A stretch of DNA of 64,000 nt from positions 384,001 through 448,000 of the forward strand of contig OY776510.1 of assembly GCA_963675665.1 (NCBI GenBank), written 5' to 3'. Position 1 is the first letter of the stretch. Each line of letters opens with the position of its first letter. The notes under the pieces were generated by a model. The model saw only the letters and a program-made list of their open reading frames with translations, was not told where the DNA came from and searched no databases. A program made the translations under genes and the position numbers. Source of the DNA: Spirochaetia bacterium. GTDB lineage: Bacteria; Spirochaetota; Spirochaetia; UBA9216. Shown here piece after piece: positions 1 to 10,713 of the stretch.

Positions 1-1086
1 TTCCCTGATACTTAAAGCCGGAATTATTCCTGAAGCCCTTCGATCTTCAGTAAGCAAGGCTATACCACCGGAAATGGCCTTGCGTATGGAGTTTATTTTC
101 TCCTTGTTTTTATTTACATAAATACTATAACCTGCTTCAATATCAAGATTCCCGAAAATTGCGTTTACCAGTTCGCTTCGTCCGGAGCCGACCAAACCAG
201 CTATTCCCAGTATCTCGCCTTTTTTAAGTACAAAAGAAGCCGAATCAATAATTTTTTTACCGTCAATGTATTTATGCATAACAGTTAAATTCTCAATTTT
301 TAAAACCTCGTCTCCAATATCACGATTTCGCTTTGGATACCGGTTTTCCAGAGATCTTCCGACCATCATTTTTATTACAAGATCTACATCAAAGTCTTTC
401 TTCTCCAGAGTTCCAATCTTACACCCGTCCCTCATAACCGTTATACGATCGCTTATTTCCATAACCTCTTCAATCTTGTGGGATATATAAATACAGGAAA
501 GCCCTGAATTTCTAAGCTCATTGATTATATTGAAAAGATATTCCTTTTCATTCTCAGTAAGAGATGATGTCGGTTCATCCAGAACCAGCAACCTGGGTTT
601 TTTTATAACGGCCTTTGCAATTGCAACCATCTGTTGTCTGCTGGTGCTTAGATTCTTTATTTTTTCATGAACATCGGCATCCAGGCCAACTTTATCCAAA
701 ATCTTCTCAGCATCGTCATACATTTTTTTCCAGTCGACCAGAACCCTGTTCTTTCTTCTGATATTACCCACAAGCACATTCTCACATACGCTTAAATCAG
801 GAATAAGATCTATTTCCTGATAAATCATTTCTATCCCGGCGGCCTGGGCCTGACCAGGATTGTTAAAACTTACATTCTTCCCGTCGATAATTATTTCTCC
901 CGAATAGGAAGATGAAGGGTAAGCACCGCTCAGTATTTTCATCAGGGTTGTTTTACCGGCCCCGTTTTCACCCACAATGGCATGAACTTCACCCTTCCTG
1001 ACATCCATGGATATCGAATCAAGAGCTTTCACTCCGATAAAACATTTATCAATGTTCTTTAATTCAAGTATAACTTTCTCAGCCAC
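1..1086 (-). CDS. Sugar ABC transporter ATP-binding protein (XylG/RbsA type), 3' end runs off window
   Basis: Not in ORF track. GTG at 1086 after SD AAGGAG; translates MAEKVILELKNIDKCFIGVKALDSISMDVRKGEVHAIVGENGAGKTTLMKILSG (Walker A), then LLVLDEPTSSL and IYISHKIEE. Confidence 0.92.
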   Translation of the reverse strand, partial: MAEKVILELKNIDKCFIGVKALDSISMDVRKGEVHAIVGENGAGKTTLMKILSGAYPSSSYSGEIIIDGKNVSFNNPGQAQAAGIEMIYQEIDLIPDLSVCENVLVGNIRRKNRVLVDWKKMYDDAEKILDKVGLDADVHEKIKNLSTSRQQMVAIAKAVIKKPRLLVLDEPTSSLTENEKEYLFNIINELRNSGLSCIYISHKIEEVMEISDRITVMRDGCKIGTLEKKDFDVDLVIKMMVGRSLENRYPKRNRDIGDEVLKIENLTVMHKYIDGKKIIDSASFVLKKGEILGIAGLVGSGRSELVNAIFGNLDIEAGYSIYVNKNKEKINSIRKAISGGIALLTEDRRASGIIPALSIRE

Positions 1087-1114
1087 GATGCTTCTCCTTA
1101 TATTACTTCCGCAT

Positions 1115-2356
1115 TTACTCTGCTGTAACCGCTACTAAAAACTGTCCGGCCGTTTCAAGATGCGAGTTAATGTCAATTGAAGCAATTTTCCTGTCCACAT
1201 GGGGGTTGCTCCAGCTGAATTTCAGTAACTGCACTTTAACCCCGAGATTATGACAAAAGGAATTGTCTCCCTTCCATACAACCTCTGTGTTCTCGTCAAA
1301 ATCATTATCGGGAGTTTCCCACCAGTCAGCCGTGTTTCGTCCGTATACCAGCGGAATAATCTCTTTTTCGACGTCGGTGTAATTAATAACATATTCTCCT
1401 ATCTCTACATCCATATCCGTAAACCACCCGCAAGCGTGAAGGAAATGCAGCTTGTTACAACACTGTTCAACCTTTATCCCCCTGATACTCTCCGGATAAA
1501 TTGAACCGGTTCTTCTGAGAGAAATATTTCCTGCTGCAACCTGGATTAGTCCCCTGACATCAAAAGCAACGTCACCGAAAACCTGTATGCCTTTGGGAAC
1601 ATTCTGAAGATCATGACCTTCATGGTTGTGCCAGTCGTCGTCCAGCGATGCGGTATAATAATCAGATAAATCAACCAGCCTTTTATCAGCCCATTGATTT
1701 CTCGGCATTACAGTGTTTACAGGTTTCGAACCATCGGAAAAATTCAAATAAATAGTTTCAACCGGTTCAACAGTAACGGCCAGAAGGAAGGGCGCAGCCC
1801 CTGTTAACTCTGATATAAAATCAATGGTGTTAAGTTCCGCATCCGGAAGCGGATTATTTACAGTATATTTATAAAATATCAACTCGCAATCTGAAGAATT
1901 ATTCTTATAACCTTTCCAGGCAACATCTGCGTCGGTAAGACTTAAATCACCCGTATCCGCCGTTACTGTTTTTGTGTTTTTTCCGTAAATAATCGGGACT
2001 GTTCTTTTTCGGCCGTCTTTATAATTAAGTAAATAATACCCGATTTTCATCCCCTCTTCTTCCACGCCGGCTGAACCGTGAAGAAAATGCAGTTTGCGAA
2101 AATCGGTATTTACGCTAATACCGGTTACCGATACCGGATAATCGGTATTATTCTTTATATATTTTTTATTGCCCGCAAGCTGAATTATTCCTCTCACATC
2201 AAATGCAACATTTGAATATATTTGCAGTCCGGACGGGATGTTGCTGAAACTCAAATCGTCAGTCCCGTATATATTCTCATCGAGGTATCCGTTATAATAT
2301 TCCGATAAATCCAGTAAATCCGGAAATGCCTGCTTGCTTCTTTTTAAAATCTCCAT
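1115..2356 (-). CDS. Hypothetical protein with two tandem copies of a ~200-aa beta-rich domain (paralog of 3610-4875)
   Basis: Motifs DLSxYY, FDVRGxIQ, KLHFLH, IPxxYGxN, NP, FLxAVTxE each occur twice; start ATG 2356 after GGAGG; no signal peptide. Confidence 0.85.
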   Translation of the reverse strand: MEILKRSKQAFPDLLDLSEYYNGYLDENIYGTDDLSFSNIPSGLQIYSNVAFDVRGIIQLAGNKKYIKNNTDYPVSVTGISVNTDFRKLHFLHGSAGVEEEGMKIGYYLLNYKDGRKRTVPIIYGKNTKTVTADTGDLSLTDADVAWKGYKNNSSDCELIFYKYTVNNPLPDAELNTIDFISELTGAAPFLLAVTVEPVETIYLNFSDGSKPVNTVMPRNQWADKRLVDLSDYYTASLDDDWHNHEGHDLQNVPKGIQVFGDVAFDVRGLIQVAAGNISLRRTGSIYPESIRGIKVEQCCNKLHFLHACGWFTDMDVEIGEYVINYTDVEKEIIPLVYGRNTADWWETPDNDFDENTEVVWKGDNSFCHNLGVKVQLLKFSWSNPHVDRKIASIDINSHLETAGQFLVAVTAE

Positions 2357-2391
2357 AGTTTTCCTCCGTTCCAATATCAACTCTCTATTAT

Positions 2392-2524
2392 GGGGACTTC
2401 TAAAAACTGCAGTTTTTAGAAGTCTACTTCAGATGTAATGGATGTTTACTTATTGACTGATAAGGAAATAAGTAAACTCCAAGCAACCTCTAAAAACCCC
2501 AGTTTAGGATTTTTAGAGGTTGCC
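2392..2524. repeat. Three-hairpin palindromic element (MITE/REPIN-like)
   Basis: Perfect 30-bp palindrome GACTTCTAAAAACTGCAGTTTTTAGAAGTC (2395-2424), central GTTTACTTATT..AATAAGTAAAC, and GCAACCTCTAAAAA-N13-TTTTTAGAGGTTGC (2483-2523). Confidence 0.75.
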
Positions 2525-3487
2525 TTATTCTATATCCCCGGTTTTTCTTCTTTTATAATGATCTATTCCAACAGCCAGGATTATGATTATTCCCGTTACA
2601 ATATTTTGCCAATAGGTTGAAATTCCCATGAGAACTATACCGTTCGATATTACGCTCAACAGTACAGCCCCTATCACCGTGCCGAGTATTGTTCCGGTTC
2701 CTCCGAACATGCTTGTTCCGCCTATTATTACAGCTGCTATTATCGTCATCTCCCAGCCCAGTCCCAACGAAATCTGGGCTGAGGTAATTCTTGATGTCAT
2801 AATAATTCCGGAAAAAGTTGCACATACAGCCGAAAGAACATATACCGAGATCTTAACCATATCAACATTTATTCCGGACAATCTCGAAGCTTCATTGTTC
2901 CCGCCCACGCAATAGACATAACGCCCGTAAACTGTATGGTTCAGCACAAAGACCGCCAATAGAGCAAGAGCTGCCGCAAACCAGACCGAATAAGGTATTC
3001 TTAAAAAAGCCCCGCTGCCGATCAGATTAAACCCGGCCGGCAACGGAAACACAGGTTTGCCTTTTGTAACAACATTCATAATACCTCTTGCGATATACAT
3101 ACTTCCAAGCGTAACTATCATTGCGGGTATTTTAAGTTTTACAATTATAACCCCGTTAAAAACACCGAACAGGGCCCCGACAAAAACACCCGCGGCTATT
3201 GATAAAGGTACCGGCATATTAAAATGCTTCATACAGATTGCGGTTATTAATCCTCCAAGACCGATTAATGAACCGACGGTAAGATCCAGACCTCCTGAAA
3301 TAAAAACAAAGGTCACGGCTATTCCGACAATTACCAGATACGAGCTTGTTCGTAAAATATTTACAATATTTATCCAGGAATAAAACGACTGATTGACCAA
3401 TGCTATTAATACACATATTGCCGCCAGCACAATAATTATTCCCAATTCATTTATTGTTTTTATATTTAGCATAATTTTCTTTTGCAT
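2525..3487 (-). CDS. Sugar ABC transporter permease (RbsC family)
   Basis: Hydrophobic; GGLDLTVGS, GRYVYCVGGNNEASRLSGI, IAAVIIGGTSMFGG motifs. Confidence 0.93.
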   Translation of the reverse strand: MQKKIMLNIKTINELGIIIVLAAICVLIALVNQSFYSWINIVNILRTSSYLVIVGIAVTFVFISGGLDLTVGSLIGLGGLITAICMKHFNMPVPLSIAAGVFVGALFGVFNGVIIVKLKIPAMIVTLGSMYIARGIMNVVTKGKPVFPLPAGFNLIGSGAFLRIPYSVWFAAALALLAVFVLNHTVYGRYVYCVGGNNEASRLSGINVDMVKISVYVLSAVCATFSGIIMTSRITSAQISLGLGWEMTIIAAVIIGGTSMFGGTGTILGTVIGAVLLSVISNGIVLMGISTYWQNIVTGIIIILAVGIDHYKRRKTGDIE

Positions 3488-3573
3488 AATTTTCCCTTTT
3501 TCTGAACATAAACCTGACGATATTTTTCTGTTATTATTCCCGCACTATCCTTCAGTGTTTCAGACAAATTATC

Positions 3574-3596
3574 GGGGAGGGAATAATACCCTCCCC
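3574..3596 (-). terminator. Intra-operon stem-loop
   Basis: GGGGAGGG-N7-CCCTCCCC just after the stop of 3610-4875; weak U-tract. Confidence 0.45.
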
Positions 3597-3609
3597 TGTC
3601 AATCTCCTT

Positions 3610-4875
3610 CTATACAACTGTAATAGCAAATAAAATCGGCGCGGAATTTTCAAGTTTGGAGATATAGTCTATTTTTGTAATCTCAACATCCGGATAAGGA
3701 TTCTGCCATGCATATTTAATTACCCTTGTTCTTAATCCGAACCTTCTGCTTGCGGCATTTGAGCCGAACCATGCTTCTTCAGCATCGCTGACCCTCCCTT
3801 CTTCAACGCGTTCCCACCAGTCCATTACGTTGACTCCGTATTCTACGGGAATAACCTCCTGCTTATTATTGGCATAATGCACAATGTATTCCGCTATTCT
3901 TGTTCCGCGTTCCGAATCGAAAGCGCAGGCATGCAGAAAATTAACGGTTTTTCCGGATCTGTTGATTTTGATACCCTTAAGCTCTTCAGGTAATGCAAGA
4001 CCTGTAATTTTCAGGGAGGTTTTTCCTCCCGCAAGTACCAGCAGTCCCCTCACATCAAATTTTACTCCGCCGAATTCCTGAATTCCCTTGGGCAGATCAT
4101 GCAGGTCGTGCCCGGCATGATTAAACCAGTCGTCATCAGGCGAAGCGGCAAAATAGTCAGACAGATCTATCTGTTCAGGCCTTGCTTCGGGACTTCTCGG
4201 AATTATATCGTTGTAGATCCTGATGGAATCAAACCACTCATGCTCCATTGTTGTCTGGAATGTTTCCATTGTCAGGGCGATCAGGAAAGGAGCCGATTCG
4301 GTTAAATCTGAGATAAAATCAATCTCTTTAATTTCCAAATCCGGAAGCGGATTGTTTACTGTATATTTATAGATCTTTCGGCCGTCGGTTATGCTAACAA
4401 CATCTGAACCCAGGGGCTGAAAACCCTTTTTCTCTACTGTAAAATCCAGCACATTTTGATTGTAAACAATGGGAATTCTTTCCGCTGCCCCGTTTTCATA
4501 ATGAATAATATATTCACCAATTTTTGTGTCGTCGGCAACGGAACCTGCCGTCCCCTGAAGGAAATCTATTTTTTCCGCTTTAAAGTTTACTTTAATTCCC
4601 TTAACAGATTCAGGATAATCATACCCCGTTATTTCGGCTGTATTTTTCCCGGCCAGCTGAATCATTCCCCTGAGGTCAAAGGCCCCCCGGAAATATGCAT
4701 GAATTCCTTTAGGCAGCAGGGAAAGATTAACGCCGGGCCGGCCGGTCCAGTCATCATCAAGGGCTGTTGTATAGTAATCCGACAGATCTACAAGATCATC
4801 TATAGCCTGCCTGCTGCGCGCAGGGATTTTATTTACAGGTTCAGCCTTGTTTAAATTTGTATCAGAGTTTTTCAT
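3610..4875 (-). CDS. Hypothetical protein with two tandem copies of the same ~200-aa domain (paralog of 1115-2356)
   Basis: DLSDYY/F..DDDW, FDxRG, FLQG/FLHAC, NPxPD, SAPxLxAxT each twice; no signal peptide. Confidence 0.85.
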   Translation of the reverse strand: MKNSDTNLNKAEPVNKIPARSRQAIDDLVDLSDYYTTALDDDWTGRPGVNLSLLPKGIHAYFRGAFDLRGMIQLAGKNTAEITGYDYPESVKGIKVNFKAEKIDFLQGTAGSVADDTKIGEYIIHYENGAAERIPIVYNQNVLDFTVEKKGFQPLGSDVVSITDGRKIYKYTVNNPLPDLEIKEIDFISDLTESAPFLIALTMETFQTTMEHEWFDSIRIYNDIIPRSPEARPEQIDLSDYFAASPDDDWFNHAGHDLHDLPKGIQEFGGVKFDVRGLLVLAGGKTSLKITGLALPEELKGIKINRSGKTVNFLHACAFDSERGTRIAEYIVHYANNKQEVIPVEYGVNVMDWWERVEEGRVSDAEEAWFGSNAASRRFGLRTRVIKYAWQNPYPDVEITKIDYISKLENSAPILFAITVV

Positions 4876-4918
4876 TGTAATTACCTCAAGTAAAATATTT
4901 AATTTTTGATTGTAAAAT

Positions 4919-4959
4919 CAGGAATAATATATGAAGAAAATCTTCTTATATTATTCCTG
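4919..4959 (-). terminator. Long stem-loop after substrate-binding protein gene (mRNA stabiliser/attenuator)
   Basis: CAGGAATAATATA...TATATTATTCCTG inverted repeat. Confidence 0.55.
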
Positions 4960-4974
4960 TAAGAGTTAAACCAT

Positions 4975-5976
4975 TTATTTATTTTTATATGTATCGATAT
5001 TCTCTTTGGTTACAAGCGTAACTCCTGAATCCACAATATCCGGAACGGAATTGCCGTTTAAATGCTCAATAATGTTCTTTGCTCCAAGATATCCCATTTT
5101 ATAAAAATCCTGGGCCATTACTCCGTATATCGTGCCTTCTTTAACCGGAGCAAGATTTGTCTCAACATCATCCATTCCTATTGCCATAACTTTTTCCGTT
5201 AAACCCATCTCCTTCAGAACAATTCCATAGCTTGCCGGGCCCGCTCCTTCTGTTCCAAAGATTGCGTTTATCTGGGGGTTTGCTGTCAGCATTGCCGTTA
5301 AAACCTCAATAGTCTTTACAGCATCTGCATCGTTATCCTGAACATCAACTATTTCAGCTTTATCAAGATTTTTCTCTGCAAGATATTTTTTTAAACCTTC
5401 TACCTGCAGGATCTGATCCTGAGCATCAAGGTTGCTCATTATAACCCCGATTTTTAATTCTTCACCGACTTTCTCATGCAGCGCAGCGGCTTCAGCCATT
5501 CCGCATGCAATCTTGTCAGTTCCTATAAAAGATATCCTCTGAGACGGATCTTCTGCATCACAACATACGCATGTAACTACTATTCCGGCCTCTTTTGCTC
5601 TTTTTAACGCTTCAGTAAAAGCGCTCGGAGCAAACGGGTCTACAATTATACCGTCAGGTCTCTCGGCAATGGCGGTTTCCAGAGCTTCCAGTGTTTTTTC
5701 AAGGCCATGGTCATCGGCACCTATCCACCTTCCGTCAAAACCGAATTCCTCAATGGCTGCGTCCATTCCGTATTTTGCTCCCAGCCATACCGGATGGGCC
5801 GTCATCGGCGTTACGAAAATAATTCTTACAGGTTTTTCGTCCGCTGCTTTCTGTGATACAGCGCTGCTTTTTTCTTTTGAGCAACCCGACAATCCCATAA
5901 AAAGAACCATGCTAATGCAGATCGCAAACAGAAATAATCTTGTAATCCCCTTCTTCATTCTTTTTCTCCTGTTCAT
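4975..5976 (-). CDS. Sugar ABC transporter substrate-binding lipoprotein
   Basis: Lipobox LSGC; class I periplasmic-binding motifs (PDGII, QDFYKMGY, VDSGVTLVTKEN). Confidence 0.9.
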   Translation of the reverse strand: MNRRKRMKKGITRLFLFAICISMVLFMGLSGCSKEKSSAVSQKAADEKPVRIIFVTPMTAHPVWLGAKYGMDAAIEEFGFDGRWIGADDHGLEKTLEALETAIAERPDGIIVDPFAPSAFTEALKRAKEAGIVVTCVCCDAEDPSQRISFIGTDKIACGMAEAAALHEKVGEELKIGVIMSNLDAQDQILQVEGLKKYLAEKNLDKAEIVDVQDNDADAVKTIEVLTAMLTANPQINAIFGTEGAGPASYGIVLKEMGLTEKVMAIGMDDVETNLAPVKEGTIYGVMAQDFYKMGYLGAKNIIEHLNGNSVPDIVDSGVTLVTKENIDTYKNK

Positions 5977-6365
5977 ACAGACTCCCTTTTTGATAAACGG
6001 GAACGCCTGCTTATTTTAATACTATTTATAGTATTCTGTTTATGAAATCGAATTTTATTTAATTATCAAAAAGATAACTGTTAAAACCGATTTTGTAATT
6101 GTATTTTAATATGTAAAATTTCACTCTGCATCATGAGATTCTTAGTATTAACTGTAATTTTTTAATATGTAATTTTAATTATTTAATTGTTTTCGATATT
6201 AATAATCAAACTGGTCCTGATTCTGTTTACCATTTTGTTGCCTGAATATTGGTATTAATTTTTTACAGCAAATGAGAAAAATCTCATGATGTCCGTGCAG
6301 CAGTTAACCGTTATAATTTAGACAACAAAATCATTTTTAATCTAAATAAATAACAGAGGTACCCA

Positions 6366-7547
6366 ATGAGAGCATTTAATTATTATTCACCTACAAATAT
6401 TGTATTTGGAAACGGTCGTATAAGTGAAATCGGAAATCTAATCAACAGTGAATGCAGAAAACCGCTGCTTGTCATGAATAAAGGTCCTTTCAGACAGAAT
6501 GGAATTTATGATCAAATCAAAAAGTATATTGTTTCAAGTGGTCGTGAATTAATAGAGATGAATGATATAGATTCCAATCCCAGACTTTCAAGCGCAAGAG
6601 AAGGAACAAGAATCTGTAAAGAGAAAAAAGCCGACTGCATTATTGCAGTCGGCGGAGGAAGCGCAATGGACTGCGCCAAGGTCATTGGAGCTTCGGCTGC
6701 ATCGGGAACAGATCCTTACGAACTTCTCTGGGGGTCCAAACCTGAAGTAACTGTATCGCTGCCCGTCATAGCTGTTCCAACTATTGCCGCAACAGGTTCT
6801 GAATGCAACCCCACTGCCGTAATTGTTAATGATGAAACAAAAGAAAAGTATTTCTGCAACTGCATTCATCCTGTAACAACTATTCTTGATCCGGAACTGA
6901 CCTTAACTGTTCCTCTCAAACTGGCAATATGGGGCACAATGGACATCTTAAGCCATACATTTGAATACTACTTTAACGGAGATACAAATTCGGAATCACA
7001 GCTGCGTTTATCAGAATCGATTATACATGCGACAATGAAAGCGCTTGATGATCTTGTTAAAAATCCCGATGACGTACAGGCCCGTGGAGAATTAATCTGG
7101 TGTTCAATCATGGCCTGGGGCGGACTTACAAAAATCGGCCGCGGCGAACCGGACATGGCCTGTCACGGACTGGAGGAATCATTCTCAGGCTGGTTTGATA
7201 CTCACCACGGAGCATGCCTCGGTGTGTTGACTCCGAGATGGATGGATATTGTAAGCAAAAAAATACCGGAGCCGTTTGCCAGGTTCGGCCGGAATATTTT
7301 TTACATAGAAGAAAAAGATAACATAAAAGCGGCTGCCGCGGCTGTTGCCGAATATAAAACATGGCTTAAACAGGTTGGAGCCCCCGACACATATTTTGAT
7401 ATAGGGTCAAAAGATTTCTCTGATGAAGATCTAAAACATGTAGCAGAAACAAGCTGCAGAATATATAACGGTGCTGTCGGAAGGTTATATAAATTTGATA
7501 AAGAAGAATCCCTCAACCTTCTTAAAAGTGGAAAGGTAAAGCTATAA
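6366..7547 (+). CDS. Iron-containing alcohol dehydrogenase (BdhA/YqhD-like)
   Basis: AVGGGSAMD, PTIAATGSE, DILSHTFE, CHGLEE and HHGACL metal-ligand motifs. Confidence 0.9.
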   Translation: MRAFNYYSPTNIVFGNGRISEIGNLINSECRKPLLVMNKGPFRQNGIYDQIKKYIVSSGRELIEMNDIDSNPRLSSAREGTRICKEKKADCIIAVGGGSAMDCAKVIGASAASGTDPYELLWGSKPEVTVSLPVIAVPTIAATGSECNPTAVIVNDETKEKYFCNCIHPVTTILDPELTLTVPLKLAIWGTMDILSHTFEYYFNGDTNSESQLRLSESIIHATMKALDDLVKNPDDVQARGELIWCSIMAWGGLTKIGRGEPDMACHGLEESFSGWFDTHHGACLGVLTPRWMDIVSKKIPEPFARFGRNIFYIEEKDNIKAAAAAVAEYKTWLKQVGAPDTYFDIGSKDFSDEDLKHVAETSCRIYNGAVGRLYKFDKEESLNLLKSGKVKL

Positions 7548-7702
7548 CTCCATCCTTACAACTTAATAAAATTCTGATTCCGCCTGATCAGGGAAGACTC
7601 CTGTTAACCTGATTTCGGCGGGGTCTTTTCCCCAGCCTTTTAACCGTTTCTTTTTATACCGAAGGAGATTGGTTTGCAGAGCATACAAACAGTCCCGGAA
7701 GT

Positions 7703-8419
7703 TTACCGTAACCCTTTAAGTCTGCCGCGCAGTAGACCCACTCTCTCTTCCGTTGGAGGAAGAACTCCGTCAAGGGGATACTCCTTCCCGCAATTCGCCC
7801 ACTTGTTTTTTCCCATATCGTGATACGGAAGAAGTTCCACCCTTTCGGGAGGGTTATCTGATTCAAGTATTTCAGCCAGATGATCTACCTGTTCAACAGT
7901 ATCTGTATAACCCTCAACAATTACCTGTCTTACCCGGTATCTTATGTTGCTGTTCTGCAGATACTCCAGGCAGCAGAATGCCGAATCCCCTGAAAATGAG
8001 CAAATGCGCCCGTATTGGTTCATGTCGGAATGCTTGATGTCCAGAATTACAAGATCAACCAGGCGAAACAGCTCGGCGACTTTCCTGTTAAAAACGGATC
8101 CGGAAGTATCGACAGCCGTGCTGATTCCGTATTTCTTCAAGGACGCTGCCGCTTCGAAAAGAAAATCTCCCTGCAGCAGCGGCTCGCCGCCGGAAAATGT
8201 AACTCCGCCGTCCTCTCCGTAGTACTCCCGGTAAGACAGGGCCGTAGAAACCACCTTACCAACAGTATAGAGTTCACCGCCGTTGAGACTCCAGCTGTCG
8301 CGGTTATGGCAGTAAACGCACTGCATGTTACAGCCCTGAAGAAAAAAAACGGTTCTTATCCCGGGCCCGTCCAGGGTTCCCATGGTTTCTATAGAATGAA
8401 TTCGACCCTGAATCATCAT
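7703..8419 (-). CDS. pflA: Pyruvate formate-lyase activating enzyme (radical SAM)
   Basis: [21 protein letters not shown] (CxxxCxxC), [13 protein letters not shown]; overlaps pflB stop. Confidence 0.95.
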   Translation of the reverse strand: MMIQGRIHSIETMGTLDGPGIRTVFFLQGCNMQCVYCHNRDSWSLNGGELYTVGKVVSTALSYREYYGEDGGVTFSGGEPLLQGDFLFEAAASLKKYGISTAVDTSGSVFNRKVAELFRLVDLVILDIKHSDMNQYGRICSFSGDSAFCCLEYLQNSNIRYRVRQVIVEGYTDTVEQVDHLAEILESDNPPERVELLPYHDMGKNKWANCGKEYPLDGVLPPTEERVGLLRGRLKGLR

Positions 8420-10644
8420 ATTCTCTCAAAATAGGTTCTGGCGATAATTTCTTCCTTCTGAATTTTTGTAAGCTTGTGAAAATTTACGGCATAGCCGGAA
8501 ACCCTGACAGTCAGGTTCGGATACTTTCCCGGATTCTCCATTGCATCTTTTAACGTCTGCCTGTCCAGTACATTCACATTAAGATGATGCCCTGATTTTT
8601 TAAAATATCCGTTGATAATGTTGACAAGGTTCTTTTCCGACGACTGCTCATCCGGACCAAGCGTCCGCGGTGAAACCGAGAAAGTGCAGGAGATACCGTC
8701 GCGACAGCAGTCGAATGGAATCTTGGATACCGAGTTAAGCGAAGCAAGGGCCCCCATCTTTTCCCTGTTATGCATCGGGTTTGCTCCCGGAGCAAATGGT
8801 TCGCCGCGCTTCCTGCCGTCCGGGGTTGAACCTGTTTTTCTGCCGTAAACAACATTAGACGTAATAGTGAGAATTGACAGGCTGTGTTCGGCTTCTCTGT
8901 ATGTCTCCGTTTCCCTCAACAGGGAAATAAACTCCCCGGTCAGTTCGGCTGCAATTGTGTCTACCCTGTCGTCATCATTACCGAACTTCGGGAAATCGCC
9001 CTCTATCGAGTAATCGGTAATCAGCCCGGTTTTATCGGTAACCGGAGTAACCCTGGCATATTTAACAGCCGAAAGGGAATCGGCGGCGACCGACAGCCCG
9101 GCTATACCGAAGGCCATAAAGCGTTTTACATCGGTATTGTGCAGGGCCATCTGGGTTTTCTCGTAGGCGTATTTGTCATGCATATAATGAATAATATTCA
9201 TCGTGTTGACATATTTTTCACATAACCACTTCAGGTAGAAGGAAAACCGGCTGCGAACCCTGTCATAGTCAAGCGGACCCTGGTTCAGCGGCTCCCGGGC
9301 CGGGGCGATATATTCCCCGTCCAGTTCATCTCTGCCGCCGTTAAGCGAAACCAGCAGGGTTTTGGCCAGGTTGCAGCGGGCTCCGAAAAACTGCATTTCT
9401 TTTCCTATTTTCATGGCCGATACGCAGCAGGCTATGGCGTAATCATCGCCGTAATCGCTGCGCATAAGATCATCGTTTTCATACTGGATTGAATCAGTAT
9501 CGATTGACACCCTTGCGCAGAATTCCTTGAACCCGGAAGGAAGATCTTCCGACCACAGCACAGTAAGGTTCGGTTCTGCCGAGCTTCCGAGATTGTAAAG
9601 GGTCTGAAGCATTCTGTAGGAGGTTCTTGTTACCATAGGAACACCTTCTTCGGTCATTCCACCTATAACCTCGGTAATCCACATCGGATCTCCTGCAAAA
9701 AGCTCATTGTAATCCGGCGTGCGCAGCTGACGGGCACAGCGCAGTTTCAGAACAAAATCATCGACAATCTCCTGGATCCGGCTTTCAGTAATAACACCCT
9801 CGCTGAGGTCCCGTTCAAAATAGACGTCGAAGAAGGTACTGACCCGTCCGAGAGACATAGCCGCCCCGTTCTGCTCCTTGATTGCGCCGAGGTACGCAAA
9901 ATAAGTCCACTGCACGGCCTCTTTCCCGTTTGCAGCCGGCCTCGATATATCGATTCCGTAGAGCAGCGCCATTTTTTTCAGCTTTTCAAGAAAATCTATC
10001 TGTCTGTACAGTTCCTCAAGCAGACGGATAATTTCGTCGTTCATCTGCTTCTTCGACAGGTTGTCCTTGTCGCTGATTTTTTCGCCGATAAGCCTGTCGA
10101 CACCGTAAAGCGCTACTCTTCGATAATCGCCGATTATACGTCCCCGGCCGTAGGCATCCGGCAGCCCGGTAATAAGCCCCGAACGCCTGAGGGTTTTGAT
10201 TTCGTCGTCATAAACACGGAAAACCCCGTCGTTATGCGTGGTCCTGAACCGGAAATGGTTCTCAATCTCTTCCGAAAGGACCGCCCCGTAGGAAGCGCAG
10301 GCGTCCCGGGCCATCCGTATTCCGCCGAAAGGGTTTACACCTCTCTTCAAAGGTTCGTCGGTCTGAAGTCCGACGATAATTTCGTTGTCTTTATCAATGT
10401 ATCCTGCCGGATAACTGAGCAGCGACGAGACCTTTTCGGTGTCGATGGACAGCACCCCGTTGTTTTCGCTTTCAGTCTGCAACAGCTTATCAAGCCGGGC
10501 ATTTAACAATTCGGTTCGTCGGGTCGGGCCGCACAGGAAATTGCCGTCTTCATAATAGGGGGTATAATTAGTTTTAATGAAATTCCGGACATCGATTTCT
10601 TCAGTCCAAAGTCCTGCATTGAAATTTCGCCATTCTTTTCGCAT
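8416..10644 (-). CDS. pflB: Pyruvate formate-lyase (formate C-acetyltransferase)
   Basis: IACCVS active-site cysteines, glycyl-radical motif [26 protein letters not shown]. Confidence 0.97.
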   Translation of the reverse strand: MRKEWRNFNAGLWTEEIDVRNFIKTNYTPYYEDGNFLCGPTRRTELLNARLDKLLQTESENNGVLSIDTEKVSSLLSYPAGYIDKDNEIIVGLQTDEPLKRGVNPFGGIRMARDACASYGAVLSEEIENHFRFRTTHNDGVFRVYDDEIKTLRRSGLITGLPDAYGRGRIIGDYRRVALYGVDRLIGEKISDKDNLSKKQMNDEIIRLLEELYRQIDFLEKLKKMALLYGIDISRPAANGKEAVQWTYFAYLGAIKEQNGAAMSLGRVSTFFDVYFERDLSEGVITESRIQEIVDDFVLKLRCARQLRTPDYNELFAGDPMWITEVIGGMTEEGVPMVTRTSYRMLQTLYNLGSSAEPNLTVLWSEDLPSGFKEFCARVSIDTDSIQYENDDLMRSDYGDDYAIACCVSAMKIGKEMQFFGARCNLAKTLLVSLNGGRDELDGEYIAPAREPLNQGPLDYDRVRSRFSFYLKWLCEKYVNTMNIIHYMHDKYAYEKTQMALHNTDVKRFMAFGIAGLSVAADSLSAVKYARVTPVTDKTGLITDYSIEGDFPKFGNDDDRVDTIAAELTGEFISLLRETETYREAEHSLSILTITSNVVYGRKTGSTPDGRKRGEPFAPGANPMHNREKMGALASLNSVSKIPFDCCRDGISCTFSVSPRTLGPDEQSSEKNLVNIINGYFKKSGHHLNVNVLDRQTLKDAMENPGKYPNLTVRVSGYAVNFHKLTKIQKEEIIARTYFERI

Positions 10645-10673
10645 CGGTGACTCCTTTAATAAGTCTGCCCGGC

Positions 10674-10713
10674 AAAAAAAACGTCCGGACAGATACTAAA
10701 ATCTGCCCAGACG
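10674..10713 (-). terminator. Riboswitch expression-platform terminator
   Basis: Minus strand CGTCTGGGCAGAT-loop-ATCTGTCCGGACG followed by a T8 run; 5' arm overlaps the aptamer 3' stem. Confidence 0.85.

Noticed and set aside
2392-2524. Possible mini-CRISPR array
   Set aside because: Only two non-identical palindromes, a structured spacer, and no cas genes in the window.
2438-2620. 60-aa plus-strand ORF
   Set aside because: Runs through the palindromic repeat and antisense into the permease; no SD or recognisable motifs.
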